A stretch of 64,000 bases of DNA. It comes from Elusimicrobiales bacterium (GTDB lineage: Bacteria > Elusimicrobiota > Elusimicrobia > Elusimicrobiales > UBA9959). The stretch lies in NCBI GenBank assembly GCA_050174915.1, contig JBFXJL010000002.1, positions 195,626 to 259,625 of the forward strand. Reading direction: 5' to 3'. A program made the position numbers and the translations under genes. Every line of letters starts with the position of its first letter. Positions within the stretch are counted from its first letter, which is position 1. Under the pieces are notes generated by a model that ran no database searches, was not told the DNA's origin, and was given only the letters and a program-made list of their open reading frames with translations. Below, piece by piece: positions 1 to 9,415 of this stretch.

Positions 1-870
1 ATGAAGGTCACCGAGAGGCTCAAGACCGGCGGGAAGGTCTATTCCTTCGAGTTCTACCCGCCCAAGACGGCGGAGGACACGGCCAAGCTTTTTAACACGG
101 CGCTGGAGCTCAAGGCCCTGTCGCCGGATTTCGTCTCGGTAACCAATTCCTCCAGCGGCGTCATGCCTTACCGCACCGTGGCGCTGTGCGGCGTGCTCAA
201 GTCGCAGTTCGGTTTGGAAGTGGTGGCCCACCTGACCTGCCTGGCGCACACGCGCGCCGAGATAGCCGAGATCTGCTCGGGGCTGAAAAAGATGGATATA
301 GTCAACGTGCTGGCGCTGCGCGGCGATCCGCATAACGTCGCCGAGGATGCGCACCGCCGGGATTACAGCTACGCGTCCCAGCTGACTACGGACCTGGTGC
401 GGGACGGCGGCTTCGACGTGGGCGGCGCCTGCTATCCGGAGAAGCACCCTGAATCCCCGTCGCCGGAGGCCGACATCGCCCGGCTGAAGGAAAAGGCGGA
501 GGCCGGCGCCGGCTACCTGATCACGCAGCTTTTCTTCGACAACGATTTTTACTTCCGCTTCCTGGACCGGGCGGCCGCGGCCGGGATAAACCTGCCGGTG
601 CTGCCGGGCCTGATGCCGCTGACCGGCTACCGGCAGATGCAGAACTTCACCCAGATGATGAAGGTCACCATCCCGGAGCGGCTCAGGACCGGCATAGAGC
701 GCTGGGAGGGAGACAAGGACGGCATGTTCAAGTTCAGCGTGGACTACGCCTCGCGGCAGGCCGAGGGTTTGTTGAAGGGCGGCGCGCCGGGGCTGCACCT
801 GTACACGCTCAACCGCAGCCGGGCGGCGATGGCTATTTTTAAGAACCTGAAGGGAGCGGCCCGGCCTTAG
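1..870 (+). CDS. metF: 5,10-methylenetetrahydrofolate reductase
   Basis: 289-aa ORF. The YSFEFYPPKT N-terminus and the LRGDP and ITQLFFD segments are typical MetF/MTHFR motifs. The ATG is at window position 1, so upstream context is unseen. Confidence 0.85.
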   Translation: MKVTERLKTGGKVYSFEFYPPKTAEDTAKLFNTALELKALSPDFVSVTNSSSGVMPYRTVALCGVLKSQFGLEVVAHLTCLAHTRAEIAEICSGLKKMDIVNVLALRGDPHNVAEDAHRRDYSYASQLTTDLVRDGGFDVGGACYPEKHPESPSPEADIARLKEKAEAGAGYLITQLFFDNDFYFRFLDRAAAAGINLPVLPGLMPLTGYRQMQNFTQMMKVTIPERLRTGIERWEGDKDGMFKFSVDYASRQAEGLLKGGAPGLHLYTLNRSRAAMAIFKNLKGAARP

Positions 871-886
871 GCCGGCCGGGGGGACA

Positions 887-1636
887 ATGGAAACTATACA
901 TACCGTGGAGGCCAGGGCGCTGGTCGAACTGCAGAAACGCGACACCGCCCTGGACGCCCTGCGGGCCAGGGCCGCCGACATCCCGCGCAAGATCAAGGCC
1001 GCCGAGGCCGCCTTCGCCGGCAAGAAGGCCGAGATGCTGGGCGCGCGCGAGGCCTACCTGGCGCTGCAGTCGCGCAAGAAGGACCTGGAGCTCAGGATAG
1101 CCGAGGCCGAGGAAGGCATACGCAAGCACCAGGTACAGCTCAACCAGGTGAAGGACAACAGCGCCTTCAAAGCGCTGCTCGCCGAGATCGAGACCGACAA
1201 GGCGGCCAAGGACGAGCTGGAGACCGGCGTGCTGACGCTGCTCGAAGAGATCGACCGGGCCTCCGGGCAGGACAAGGCGCTGCAGGCCGAGGTGAAGAAA
1301 GTGGAAGAGGCCAAGAACGCCGAAGTGGCCGCGCTGCAGGCCGCCGCCGCCGCCGTGGCCGCCGAGCTGGCCGCCGCCGAGGACGTGCGCGCTGCGGCCG
1401 CCGCCGCGATCACCCCGGAGCTGGTGGAGCGCTACGAGGCGGTGCGGGCCAACCGCGCCGGCCTGGCCGTGGTGGCCGTGCACGAGGAGCCGTCCACGGG
1501 CAAGCTGTCCTGCGGGGGCTGCCACATGGCGGTCACGCCGCAGAAGGCGGTGGACGTGAAAAAGCCGGACACGCTCACTTACTGCCCCGACTGCCGCCGG
1601 CTGCTGTACAGCGAAAAGACGCTTTTCGGGCAATGA
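887..1636 (+). CDS. coiled-coil protein with C-terminal C4 zinc ribbon (COG1579/DUF164-like)
   Basis: 249 aa. A long A/E/K-rich coiled coil is followed by CGGCHM...YCPDCRRLL (CxxC-N-CxxC). A GGGGGA RBS lies just upstream of the ATG. Confidence 0.7.
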   Translation: METIHTVEARALVELQKRDTALDALRARAADIPRKIKAAEAAFAGKKAEMLGAREAYLALQSRKKDLELRIAEAEEGIRKHQVQLNQVKDNSAFKALLAEIETDKAAKDELETGVLTLLEEIDRASGQDKALQAEVKKVEEAKNAEVAALQAAAAAVAAELAAAEDVRAAAAAAITPELVERYEAVRANRAGLAVVAVHEEPSTGKLSCGGCHMAVTPQKAVDVKKPDTLTYCPDCRRLLYSEKTLFGQ

Positions 1637-1833
1637 GATTTACACGCCGGGCAGCTTCTGATGAAGCTGCCCCCGCGCATAGCGCGGGCGCCGGAGGCGC
1701 GGCATACACCCTTTCGGACATCGCGCATAGCGCTTGTCCTTAGGGTAATGCCCATGCCGCATCAAGAGCTATGCTCTTCAAGCGGCCAACCCGCTAAAGC
1801 GGGGAACCCTGCAAGCAGGGTTCGGGATATTTT

Positions 1834-2215
1834 AGACCGCGGACGGAGGGCCGCTCTTCCCGCAAGGGGAGGGAGGAACTTCCGAACTTCACAGGGCAAG
1901 GTGCCGGTTCAAACTTCGCAGCATTATATGAGCGGAGCATAGGCCGGGAGGCGGGGGCTATATCCCCCGTCGACGGAGAGCGCCACAGAGAACATACCGC
2001 CCGCAAGGGTAAGGGTGAAAAGGTGCGGTAAGAGCGCACCGCGTCCGCAGAGATGCGAACGGCAATGCAAGCCCCTCCTGAAGCAAGGCCAAAGTTGCGC
2101 GATGGACTGCCCGTCCGCCCCCTCCGGGGGGCAGCGCAGAGTGGGCCGCAATAGATAAATGGTCCTCCAGGCGCCGCAAGGCGCCGGACAGAATTCGGGG
2201 TACAGTCCGCGGTCT
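1834..2215 (+). ncRNA. rnpB: RNase P RNA, bacterial type A
   Basis: P1 pairs AGACCGCGGAC (1834-1844) with GTCCGCGGTCT (2205-2215). GGTAAGGGTGAAAAGGTGCGGTAAGAGCGCACCG (2008-2041) and ACAGAATTCGGGGTA (2188-2202) match the conserved RNase P core when read against E. coli M1 RNA from memory. The overlapping track ORFs (1661..1942, 1924..2340, 2159.. N-terminal part) are therefore discarded. Confidence 0.88.
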
Positions 2216-2251
2216 AATAAATTTGGACTACCCGGGAAAAAGGGGAAACTT

Positions 2252-2524
2252 ATGGACTCACTTGGGCAGAAGATACCGGAGATCAAGTTTTCGTCGGACG
2301 CCAACGAGATCCCCTGGGACAAGGCGGTGGTGTGGACCATGATGCCGCGGGTGGGGCCGCGCGTCTACGAGTGGATAGACGCCGAGCATATACGCTACGT
2401 CTCCTGGAGCAACGGCATCGTCAATATCATGCCCGAGCATACCTCCATCCTCAGCTCGCATTGCCAGTGCATAGTGCTGCCCTCGGCTTTCATCTGGATA
2501 GGCAAGGACGTGAAGGTGTCCTAG
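2252..2524 (+). CDS. hypothetical small protein (90 aa)
   Basis: Internal ATG of track ORF 2159..2524, chosen because the ORF's 5' part overlaps rnpB. An AAAAGGGGA RBS precedes ATG 2252. No family recognised. Confidence 0.4.
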   Translation: MDSLGQKIPEIKFSSDANEIPWDKAVVWTMMPRVGPRVYEWIDAEHIRYVSWSNGIVNIMPEHTSILSSHCQCIVLPSAFIWIGKDVKVS

Positions 2525-2613
2525 GCCCGGCCGCACTTACCGGCCGGTAATATTTGATAAAATATAGGCATATCCCTTTGAGTGGAACGGGGGGGAATAC
2601 GGAGGAAACAGTA

Positions 2614-3570
2614 ATGAAGAAAGCAATATTCGCGGCGCTCGTGATAACGGGCTTTGTCGCCGCGGCCAGCGCCCAGGTGAATTTTAACAAGGGCGTAGAC
2701 GTGCAGGACTTTGTCTCCCAGGCTGTCAATTCGGACCTGGTGATCCCGGCCGCGCCGGCGCCCAAGATCGGCCACTACAGCCGCGACTGCGCCCGCTTCT
2801 CTTTCGGCCCCAGCGACAAAGAGCTGGTCAGCGAGAGGGTGTACCTGCGCAGCACCGAGTACGAGACCGTCTGCCACACGCAGATGGTGCAGCAGTGCCA
2901 CACCGTCATGGTGCCCGGCCCCAACGGCACGCAGGTGGCCCAGCAGAAGTGCCACATGGTGCCGCAGCAGTACTGCTACGAGCGCCCCGGCATGACCTGG
3001 ACCCAGGCCGGCCAGATAAAGGTCAACCCCCGCAAACTGCTCCCCTGGGAGCGCGAGAGCTTCGAGATCTGCCTGCAGGGCCCCTGGATGGACCTGTATA
3101 TCAACGCCGCGGCCTATAAGTACACCGCCCGCCGCGAGGGCAACTACGACACGCTCTTCGAGCTGGCCCCCCAGTACAAGGTGGCCATGAAGGCCGACGA
3201 GAACGGCCTCAACTACGGCGACTTCTCCTACGCGGGCGGCAAGTTCACCTTCAAGGTCAACGACCGCTGGGCCAAGGAATACGCCGGCGAGAAGGTCTCC
3301 ATAAAGATCGACCTCTGGCGCGACGGCGCCTGGATCTTCAACGGCTACAAGGGCTCCAAGGAATTCACTTTCGACGCGGCCGAGGGCTACACGATGACCT
3401 TCGACGAGAAGGACCTCGAGAAGGCCGCCGCCGAGGACGACGCCTACCGCGCCGGCGACGACCGCGGCGCCAAGAAGTACTTCCTGAAATGGGGCTTCAA
3501 GCGCGTGGGCGCCATCTCCAGGGACAACTTCGTCAAGAAGGACAAGACCCCCACCATCGAAGCCAAGTAA
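2614..3570 (+). CDS. secreted hypothetical protein
   Basis: The MKKAIFAALVITGFVAAASAQ signal peptide begins at the internal ATG 2614 of ORF 2554..3570. A GGAGGAAACAG RBS is present. The protein contains several cysteines. No family recognised. Confidence 0.6.
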   Translation: MKKAIFAALVITGFVAAASAQVNFNKGVDVQDFVSQAVNSDLVIPAAPAPKIGHYSRDCARFSFGPSDKELVSERVYLRSTEYETVCHTQMVQQCHTVMVPGPNGTQVAQQKCHMVPQQYCYERPGMTWTQAGQIKVNPRKLLPWERESFEICLQGPWMDLYINAAAYKYTARREGNYDTLFELAPQYKVAMKADENGLNYGDFSYAGGKFTFKVNDRWAKEYAGEKVSIKIDLWRDGAWIFNGYKGSKEFTFDAAEGYTMTFDEKDLEKAAAEDDAYRAGDDRGAKKYFLKWGFKRVGAISRDNFVKKDKTPTIEAK

Positions 3571-3589
3571 GCTTCGCCCGTGGCAAGAA

Positions 3590-3619
3590 ATACCCGCCCT
3601 CACCGGCGGGTATTTTTTT
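3590..3619 (+). terminator. intrinsic terminator
   Basis: ATACCCGCC / GGCGGGTAT stem with a 6-nt loop, followed by T7. It separates the 2614 gene from the RHS operon. Confidence 0.65.
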
Positions 3620-3704
3620 GTTAATGCTGCCCGGGCGCTTGAAGTACTGGCATGTATTTCGTACCATTAAAACGTTGATTACGACGGGTTAACTGCAGGG
3701 GATA

Positions 3705-4829
3705 ATGAAAAACAGCTTTGGTATACTTCTTTGCGCGGTGGTGTTCTGCGCTACAAGTACGTATGCCGCCTCCGATAAAACCCTGCTTTCAGCCCGTGAA
3801 TCCATACTTTCCGGTTCAGTCTCACCGCGGGACGTTCTTCTTAAGTATTCAGAAGCCGTAAAGAAGACCAACGCGGCCCCCGTACTCGGCGAATACGCCT
3901 ATGCCCTCGCTTACGCCGGGCTCGGCGAGGCCGCCCTGACTTCCATAGACCGCGCCCTGATAGCCGAACCTCTCCACCCGGAAATACGCTTCTACCTTTC
4001 AGAGATCTTCAACGCCGCCGGCCTGGAGGCAGCCTCCGAAGAGATATCCGCTACGGCCCCGTCCTGGCTTAAGGGAAGACAGGTAAAACTTCCGAAGCTC
4101 GACGTGGCCGCCCCTGCCGGGGACTTTGAGGCCGCCTCGGTTTCGCTTAATATGCTGATGGCCCAGAGGCGCTACGCGCAGGCCGCGGTGCAATACGACC
4201 GGCTATGCAAAGCCAACCAGGCTGAGCCGCGCTGCCATGTGGGCTACGCGCTGGCCCTGGAGCGCCTCGGCGCCTACAAGGCCGCGTCGGCCGAGGCTTC
4301 AAAGAACCTCGCTCTCTACAAGGACCCGGAACCGCAGGCTATAACCAGGGCTTTCATCGATGATCTGAACAAGCGGCCCCCGTTGAAACTGTCCTCCGAA
4401 GATAAACCGACACTGAAAGGCCGTTATCTGCTCTTCACCGGCGGCAGCCTGAACCGGGCCGACGACCGCACCCTGTATTCTTTCAGCACCCGCGTGGGCA
4501 AGTTCCTGAGCGAGCGCATCGACGTCTCCGCCAACGCTGCCATCAACGGCGGCAACGCTGTGTCCGACTACAACGGCCTCACGCTGGGCGCGGTGGGGCG
4601 CTACAATATCCCTCTGTCCTTCTTGCCGCTCAATCTTACGCTGGCCGCCAAAGGCGAGCGCGTCCCGGCGCCGGAGAAGAACTTCACCTTCCTGCTATCG
4701 CCGGGTCTTAGCTATTTCATCAAGGACAGTTCTGTAGACCTTTTCTTCGACTTGGCCCTGAACGGGCCTTATAGCGGCAGCGTCACCATGTCGCTGGGCT
4801 ACACTATTTACTTCGGGGTGGGTAAATGA
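3705..4829 (+). CDS. secreted protein, helical TPR-like N-terminal half and beta-rich C-terminal half (putative outer-membrane protein)
   Basis: 374 aa. Signal peptide MKNSFGILLCAVVFCATSTYAAS. The N-terminal half is Ala/Leu-rich repeat helices. The last ~150 aa show alternating-hydrophobic beta-strand patterns ending ...SLGYTIYFGVGK. The stop overlaps the next ATG (ATGA). Confidence 0.6.
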   Translation: MKNSFGILLCAVVFCATSTYAASDKTLLSARESILSGSVSPRDVLLKYSEAVKKTNAAPVLGEYAYALAYAGLGEAALTSIDRALIAEPLHPEIRFYLSEIFNAAGLEAASEEISATAPSWLKGRQVKLPKLDVAAPAGDFEAASVSLNMLMAQRRYAQAAVQYDRLCKANQAEPRCHVGYALALERLGAYKAASAEASKNLALYKDPEPQAITRAFIDDLNKRPPLKLSSEDKPTLKGRYLLFTGGSLNRADDRTLYSFSTRVGKFLSERIDVSANAAINGGNAVSDYNGLTLGAVGRYNIPLSFLPLNLTLAAKGERVPAPEKNFTFLLSPGLSYFIKDSSVDLFFDLALNGPYSGSVTMSLGYTIYFGVGK

Positions 4830-5542
4830 AGCCGCTGATCGCCGCTTTGCTGCTGCTCCCGGCAGTTTGCCGGGGCGGGTCCCTGCCCGCGCAGTTCGAG
4901 GGCTCGGCGGAGAACGCAGCCGGCACCACTATCCTGAAGGCGGCTAAAGCCTATACATCCACGCAGCCTATGGCCCGCCCGGAGTTGGTTGCGCAGGCCG
5001 CCGCTGCTTTGCCCCTGCCTCCGGAGAAACCTTTCTCGGTGGAATGGCCCGGCGGGGGAGAGCTTTGGGCCATGAAAGACGGCCAGCCAGTAAAACTGGA
5101 CTCCTGGTCCGACCGCTCGCTGCCGCTGAGTCCCAAATCCTCCAGGAAGGGTCACTGGTTCGGCACTTTTGGCATACAGAGCATGGGCGGCGGCGACTAT
5201 CCCGCCTCGTCGATCAACCTGCGGGTCGGTTCGACGTTGTTTAAGAACCAGTACGACCTAGCCTGGACCTACGATTACTATAAACCAGCTGAATCCGAAA
5301 CCTACCGCGCTGCCATGGGCCTGATGGGCCGCAAGCTGATGCCGCTCAGCCCGCATGGCGGCTGGAACGTCGGGGCGCAGCTGTCGATGCTGAACAATTA
5401 CGGCGAGCGCAGTGGCACGCTGGGGCTGGTGACCGGCCTGAATATTTACTTACCGCGCGGCAGTTTCGACATAACCCTGCTGCTGCAGGACGAGGGCGCT
5501 TACGGCCTGCTTGCCGGCTATACCGTACATCTGACCAGATGA
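4826..5542 (+). CDS. secreted beta-rich protein (putative small outer-membrane barrel)
   Basis: 238 aa. Signal peptide MKPLIAALLLLPAVCRG. The C-terminal ~130 aa have amphipathic beta-strand periodicity (…GLNIYLPRGSFDITLLLQDEGAYGLLAGYTVHLTR). ATGA overlaps occur with both neighbours. Confidence 0.55.
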   Translation: MKPLIAALLLLPAVCRGGSLPAQFEGSAENAAGTTILKAAKAYTSTQPMARPELVAQAAAALPLPPEKPFSVEWPGGGELWAMKDGQPVKLDSWSDRSLPLSPKSSRKGHWFGTFGIQSMGGGDYPASSINLRVGSTLFKNQYDLAWTYDYYKPAESETYRAAMGLMGRKLMPLSPHGGWNVGAQLSMLNNYGERSGTLGLVTGLNIYLPRGSFDITLLLQDEGAYGLLAGYTVHLTR

Positions 5543-8500
5543 AGAGACTATTCGCCATATTCCTGATCGCTGGCGCGCTCCTGGGCGCGGGCAGGGAAGC
5601 GCTGGCACAGTCGGTGGATTGCGCCGGAACGCTGATGTCCTGGAGTTTTTCTTACCCTTGGTACGCGCAGCATTGCCATTGTGTAAGCAGCGACCAGATG
5701 CCGGTCTGTGATACCGCCGGCGGGTCCGGGGGCGAAGAGAAATTCGGAAATTTTAATTTCGGTCGCTTTGTGTGGCTCGGCCCCGAGAGCGGCGAGGCCC
5801 GCTACACACGCCACTACGGCGATAGTTTCGCCGGCTACGAGCTGGAGACCAGGCTGCGCTGGCAGATCAGGGCGTGGCTGATAGCCCGCGGCGAGTATCC
5901 CTCGGAAGGAAGCCTTGGCGCGCGCCTGGTGGAGTGGTTCTATAAGCGGCTGTCCGGCAAAACGGCCGCGGGCGGTATTTCCGCTCTGGACGGCGAGCCA
6001 CTCAGCGGGCCTGCCGGGGATTTTGAAAGCCTGCTTTACCGGCTGCGCGGCGAGGTTCCCCGTGACCTGCTTGGCAATTCTCCGGATCCCTTGGCGGAAA
6101 ACTTTGTGTGCGTCGCTGGCGGCGCGCAGGCGGTCAGGTCCATACCGCCCGCCTACGGTATCTTTTACAGGTCAATGTCGGGGCAGGCTGAGATTAACGC
6201 TTTAAGGATAGAGCAATTACCCGACGGCAGGGCCGTGTTTACAGATGAGAATAATGTCCATTGGACCTTCAGACCGTATAAAACCAAGAGTTCCGGCGCT
6301 TATGATTACTACCGCCCGCCGCTGGGCTCGCCCTACCGGCTGGCATTGGGCAAGCGCGGTTTCAGGGTGGAGACGCCGGAAGGCGACTCCATAGATTTCC
6401 TGCCTGCCCCTGAACCCGGCGTCTGGCGGCCAGGCCGCTATAACTCGTCCGACGGTAGTTGGCTTACTTACACTTACGGCCCTAATGGTCTTACCCGCAT
6501 AACGGACATGCATGGGCGTTACTTCGCCTTCGAGCGGGACGCAAGAGGCCTTCCGCTTGTTGTCACGGACGAGCAGGGCAGGAAGACCTCTTTTACATAC
6601 GACCAGCAGGGCCGCGCCACCGGAGTGGCCTACCCTGACGGCGGCAGAAAGGCTTTCGGCTATAACGCGGCCGGCTTCATGTCCTCAGTTAAGAGCGGGG
6701 CGCTGGCCGGCGAGAATTACACCTATGACGCCGCCGGTCGCTTGCTGACCAGCGAGTCCGAAGGGGGCGTGAACCGCCTAGAGCATTACTACAACGACGT
6801 TGCCTCTAAAACGATAATCACTGACGGCCTGGGCAACAGGACCGAATATTCTCATGTCAGCGAGCATGGTCAGAAACTGGTCGCCGGGATAACTGACGCC
6901 TTGGGTGGGAAGACCGCCATGTCTTACGAGGCCAACTTCAATTTGGCCTCAGCCACCGACCAGTTGGGCCGTACCACCAAGTACACTCGCAACGCCAACG
7001 GCGACCCCGAGGCCATCATCGACGCGCTCGGCAGCACGACCACTATCCGCTACCAGATAAAGCGCAATTACCGCGACGACTACGGCGAGCGCACCGACCA
7101 TTATTCCCGGCCCATTACGATAACAGATGTTCTGGGACGGACCACAAAATTAGGGTACGACAGCTACGGCAACCTGGCGAAAACCGAGGACACGTTGGGC
7201 AACAAGACCAGCATGGATTACGACAAGGCCGGCCACCTGCTGGAATTGCGCGATGCTCTGGGCTCTGTCTACAAGTATGAATATGCCAATGGCCTTTCCA
7301 AAACCATAGACCCGATTGGCCGCGTCATCAAGTACGAGCGCGACGCGGACCTGCACGTAACGAAGCTCACTGACCCGCTTGGCCGCAATACAACTTTCAC
7401 CTATGATCTGAGCGGCAATGTCGCCTCGGTCACCAACCCGCAGAACTTCGTCACAAAATTCGCCTATGGCAACGGGGCCTGCCCGTCGTGCGGCGGCTCG
7501 CAGCTTTCGGCACTCACGGACCCCAAGGGCAATACCTGGTCTTTCAATTACGACCAGTACGGCCGGCTGACCGATACTTCCAACCCGCTGGGCCAGAAGA
7601 AAAACTATCAGTACGACAAGATGTCCCGCGTGACCGAAGTAAAGGATCCGACGGGCAGCATTACTACTTTCACTTACGACGCGCTGAACCAGCTGACGAA
7701 GAAAGACATACAGACCCCTGTCGGAGAGCGTTCCGTAACCAACTATACCTACGACGCGGTGGGAAACCTGCTTTCCGCCTCCAATGCCTCAAGCTCGGTG
7801 AGTTTCGTCTACGACGCGCTCGACCGCGTCGTGGAAACTGACCAGGCCTTCGGCGGCAAGTCCTATACGATCGGCTACGCCTACGACGCCGCGGGCAACC
7901 GTATAGCCATGGCCACGCCGTGGGGCAGATACAGCTATACCTACGACGCGCTCGACCGCGTGACCGGGATAGTGAACCCCCAGGGGATAACGATCGCCTT
8001 CGGCTACGACGCCGTAGGCAGGCGCACGAAGAAGTCCGTCTTCAAGAGCGCCCCAGAGCTCCTGGCCGAGACCGCCTACACCTATGACGCGGCGGGCCAG
8101 CTTCTCTCCATTGTGAACAAAGCCGGCGGCAAGGTGGTGGACTTCACCAACTACGAATATGACGCGGCCGGCAACCGTGTTAAGAAGGAAGACCGGGACG
8201 GCACGATAAAATACAGATACGACGCCTCCAATCGTCTTATAACGGCCGAGCCTGTCCCCATGAACATGGCCGAGGCCGAGGTCTTCATCTACGATCGTAA
8301 TGGCAACCGCCGCTATGACCGCGGCGCCTGGGACTACAAATACGACGCGGCTAACCGCCTGCTGGAGAACAGCACCTACACCTACACCCACGACCTCAAC
8401 GGCAATCTGACAAGCCGCGCCAATAAGAACGACAACAGCGCGATAGCCTACGCCTACAACCCAGAGCAGCAGCTATCCGAGGTCACAACCCCGGAGCACA

Positions 8501-9405
8501 AGGTCCACTACCGGTATGACCCCTTAGGTCGCCGCATCGAGAAGGCCGTGGACGGCAACATCCAGCGCTATGTCTACGACAACGAGGACATAATAGCCAT
8601 CCTCGACGGCAGCAACAATCCGACCGAAACCTTCACCCACGGCCCCGGCATCGATGAGCCGCTGGTAATAACCAAAACGTATGGAAAGAACTATTACTAC
8701 CATGCGGATGGACTGGGCTCCATAAAAGCGATTACCGACGATGGCAATCAGACTATTGAAACTTATACCTACAAAGCCTACGGCGCGCCGACGATAAAGG
8801 ATTATACTGGGGTGATTCTCGCGAAATCCGTTGTTGCGAATCCGTATTTCTTCACAGCTAGAGAAATAGACAGCGAGTCCGGGCTGTATTACTTGCGCCA
8901 TAGATATTACGATTGGCGCAGGGGCGCCTTTACGCAGGAAGATCCAATCGCATTTCAGGGACAAGATGTGAATTTATATGGTTACGTTTTAAGTAATCCT
9001 GTCAATTACTCTGATGGTATAGGACTCTTCGTATTCCCTAGTGACCCTTCTGGCTTGGATCAAAATATATGGGAAGAGTACAGCAATGTCCCTGATGGTA
9101 GAAAGGGAGAGTTGAACGGACAGCGATGGTTTAGGAATGGTGAGGGGGAGAGGATTCGATTCGATCCCAATGATAGAAGAGGTCCTTACCCGCACTGGCA
9201 CTGGGAAAATAATCCAGAGGGCAAAGAGAAGTGGTTTAGGCCCGGTAAAGATGCCCCATTGAAGATCCCGCGTGCTGTTATCGTGCCTTGGTGGGAAAAG
9301 ATTCCTACTTTCTGGGGGCCATTTCCGGTAATAATTCTGCCGCCAGACTTCCAGCCTGAGAATATTTACAAAAACACTTTCTGCCCAGATAATTCCGGGG
9401 CATAG
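5539..9405 (+). CDS. RHS/YD-repeat polymorphic toxin with N-terminal Sec signal peptide
   Basis: 1288 aa. Signal peptide MKRLFAIFLIAGALLGAGREALAQS. There are dozens of YD repeats (YxYDxxGRL/GNR-type). The RHS core ends ...YYLRHRYYDWRRGAFTQEDPIAFQG..NPVNYSDGIGL. This is followed by a 125-aa AT-rich C-terminal domain (9028-9402). No PAAR-like sequence was seen. Confidence 0.9.
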   Translation: MKRLFAIFLIAGALLGAGREALAQSVDCAGTLMSWSFSYPWYAQHCHCVSSDQMPVCDTAGGSGGEEKFGNFNFGRFVWLGPESGEARYTRHYGDSFAGYELETRLRWQIRAWLIARGEYPSEGSLGARLVEWFYKRLSGKTAAGGISALDGEPLSGPAGDFESLLYRLRGEVPRDLLGNSPDPLAENFVCVAGGAQAVRSIPPAYGIFYRSMSGQAEINALRIEQLPDGRAVFTDENNVHWTFRPYKTKSSGAYDYYRPPLGSPYRLALGKRGFRVETPEGDSIDFLPAPEPGVWRPGRYNSSDGSWLTYTYGPNGLTRITDMHGRYFAFERDARGLPLVVTDEQGRKTSFTYDQQGRATGVAYPDGGRKAFGYNAAGFMSSVKSGALAGENYTYDAAGRLLTSESEGGVNRLEHYYNDVASKTIITDGLGNRTEYSHVSEHGQKLVAGITDALGGKTAMSYEANFNLASATDQLGRTTKYTRNANGDPEAIIDALGSTTTIRYQIKRNYRDDYGERTDHYSRPITITDVLGRTTKLGYDSYGNLAKTEDTLGNKTSMDYDKAGHLLELRDALGSVYKYEYANGLSKTIDPIGRVIKYERDADLHVTKLTDPLGRNTTFTYDLSGNVASVTNPQNFVTKFAYGNGACPSCGGSQLSALTDPKGNTWSFNYDQYGRLTDTSNPLGQKKNYQYDKMSRVTEVKDPTGSITTFTYDALNQLTKKDIQTPVGERSVTNYTYDAVGNLLSASNASSSVSFVYDALDRVVETDQAFGGKSYTIGYAYDAAGNRIAMATPWGRYSYTYDALDRVTGIVNPQGITIAFGYDAVGRRTKKSVFKSAPELLAETAYTYDAAGQLLSIVNKAGGKVVDFTNYEYDAAGNRVKKEDRDGTIKYRYDASNRLITAEPVPMNMAEAEVFIYDRNGNRRYDRGAWDYKYDAANRLLENSTYTYTHDLNGNLTSRANKNDNSAIAYAYNPEQQLSEVTTPEHKVHYRYDPLGRRIEKAVDGNIQRYVYDNEDIIAILDGSNNPTETFTHGPGIDEPLVITKTYGKNYYYHADGLGSIKAITDDGNQTIETYTYKAYGAPTIKDYTGVILAKSVVANPYFFTAREIDSESGLYYLRHRYYDWRRGAFTQEDPIAFQGQDVNLYGYVLSNPVNYSDGIGLFVFPSDPSGLDQNIWEEYSNVPDGRKGELNGQRWFRNGEGERIRFDPNDRRGPYPHWHWENNPEGKEKWFRPGKDAPLKIPRAVIVPWWEKIPTFWGPFPVIILPPDFQPENIYKNTFCPDNSGA
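7455..8950 (+). repeat. direct repeat copy 1 (RHS core 3' portion), homologous to 9927-11425
   Basis: Nucleotide-level alignment by eye. Homology starts at AAATTCGCCTA(T/C)GGCAACGGGGCCTGCCCGTCGTGCGGCGGCTCGCAGC and decays after ...CAGGAAGA(T/C)CC. The first ~190 nt are almost identical. Confidence 0.85.
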
Positions 9406-9415
9406 GGGTATTGAA

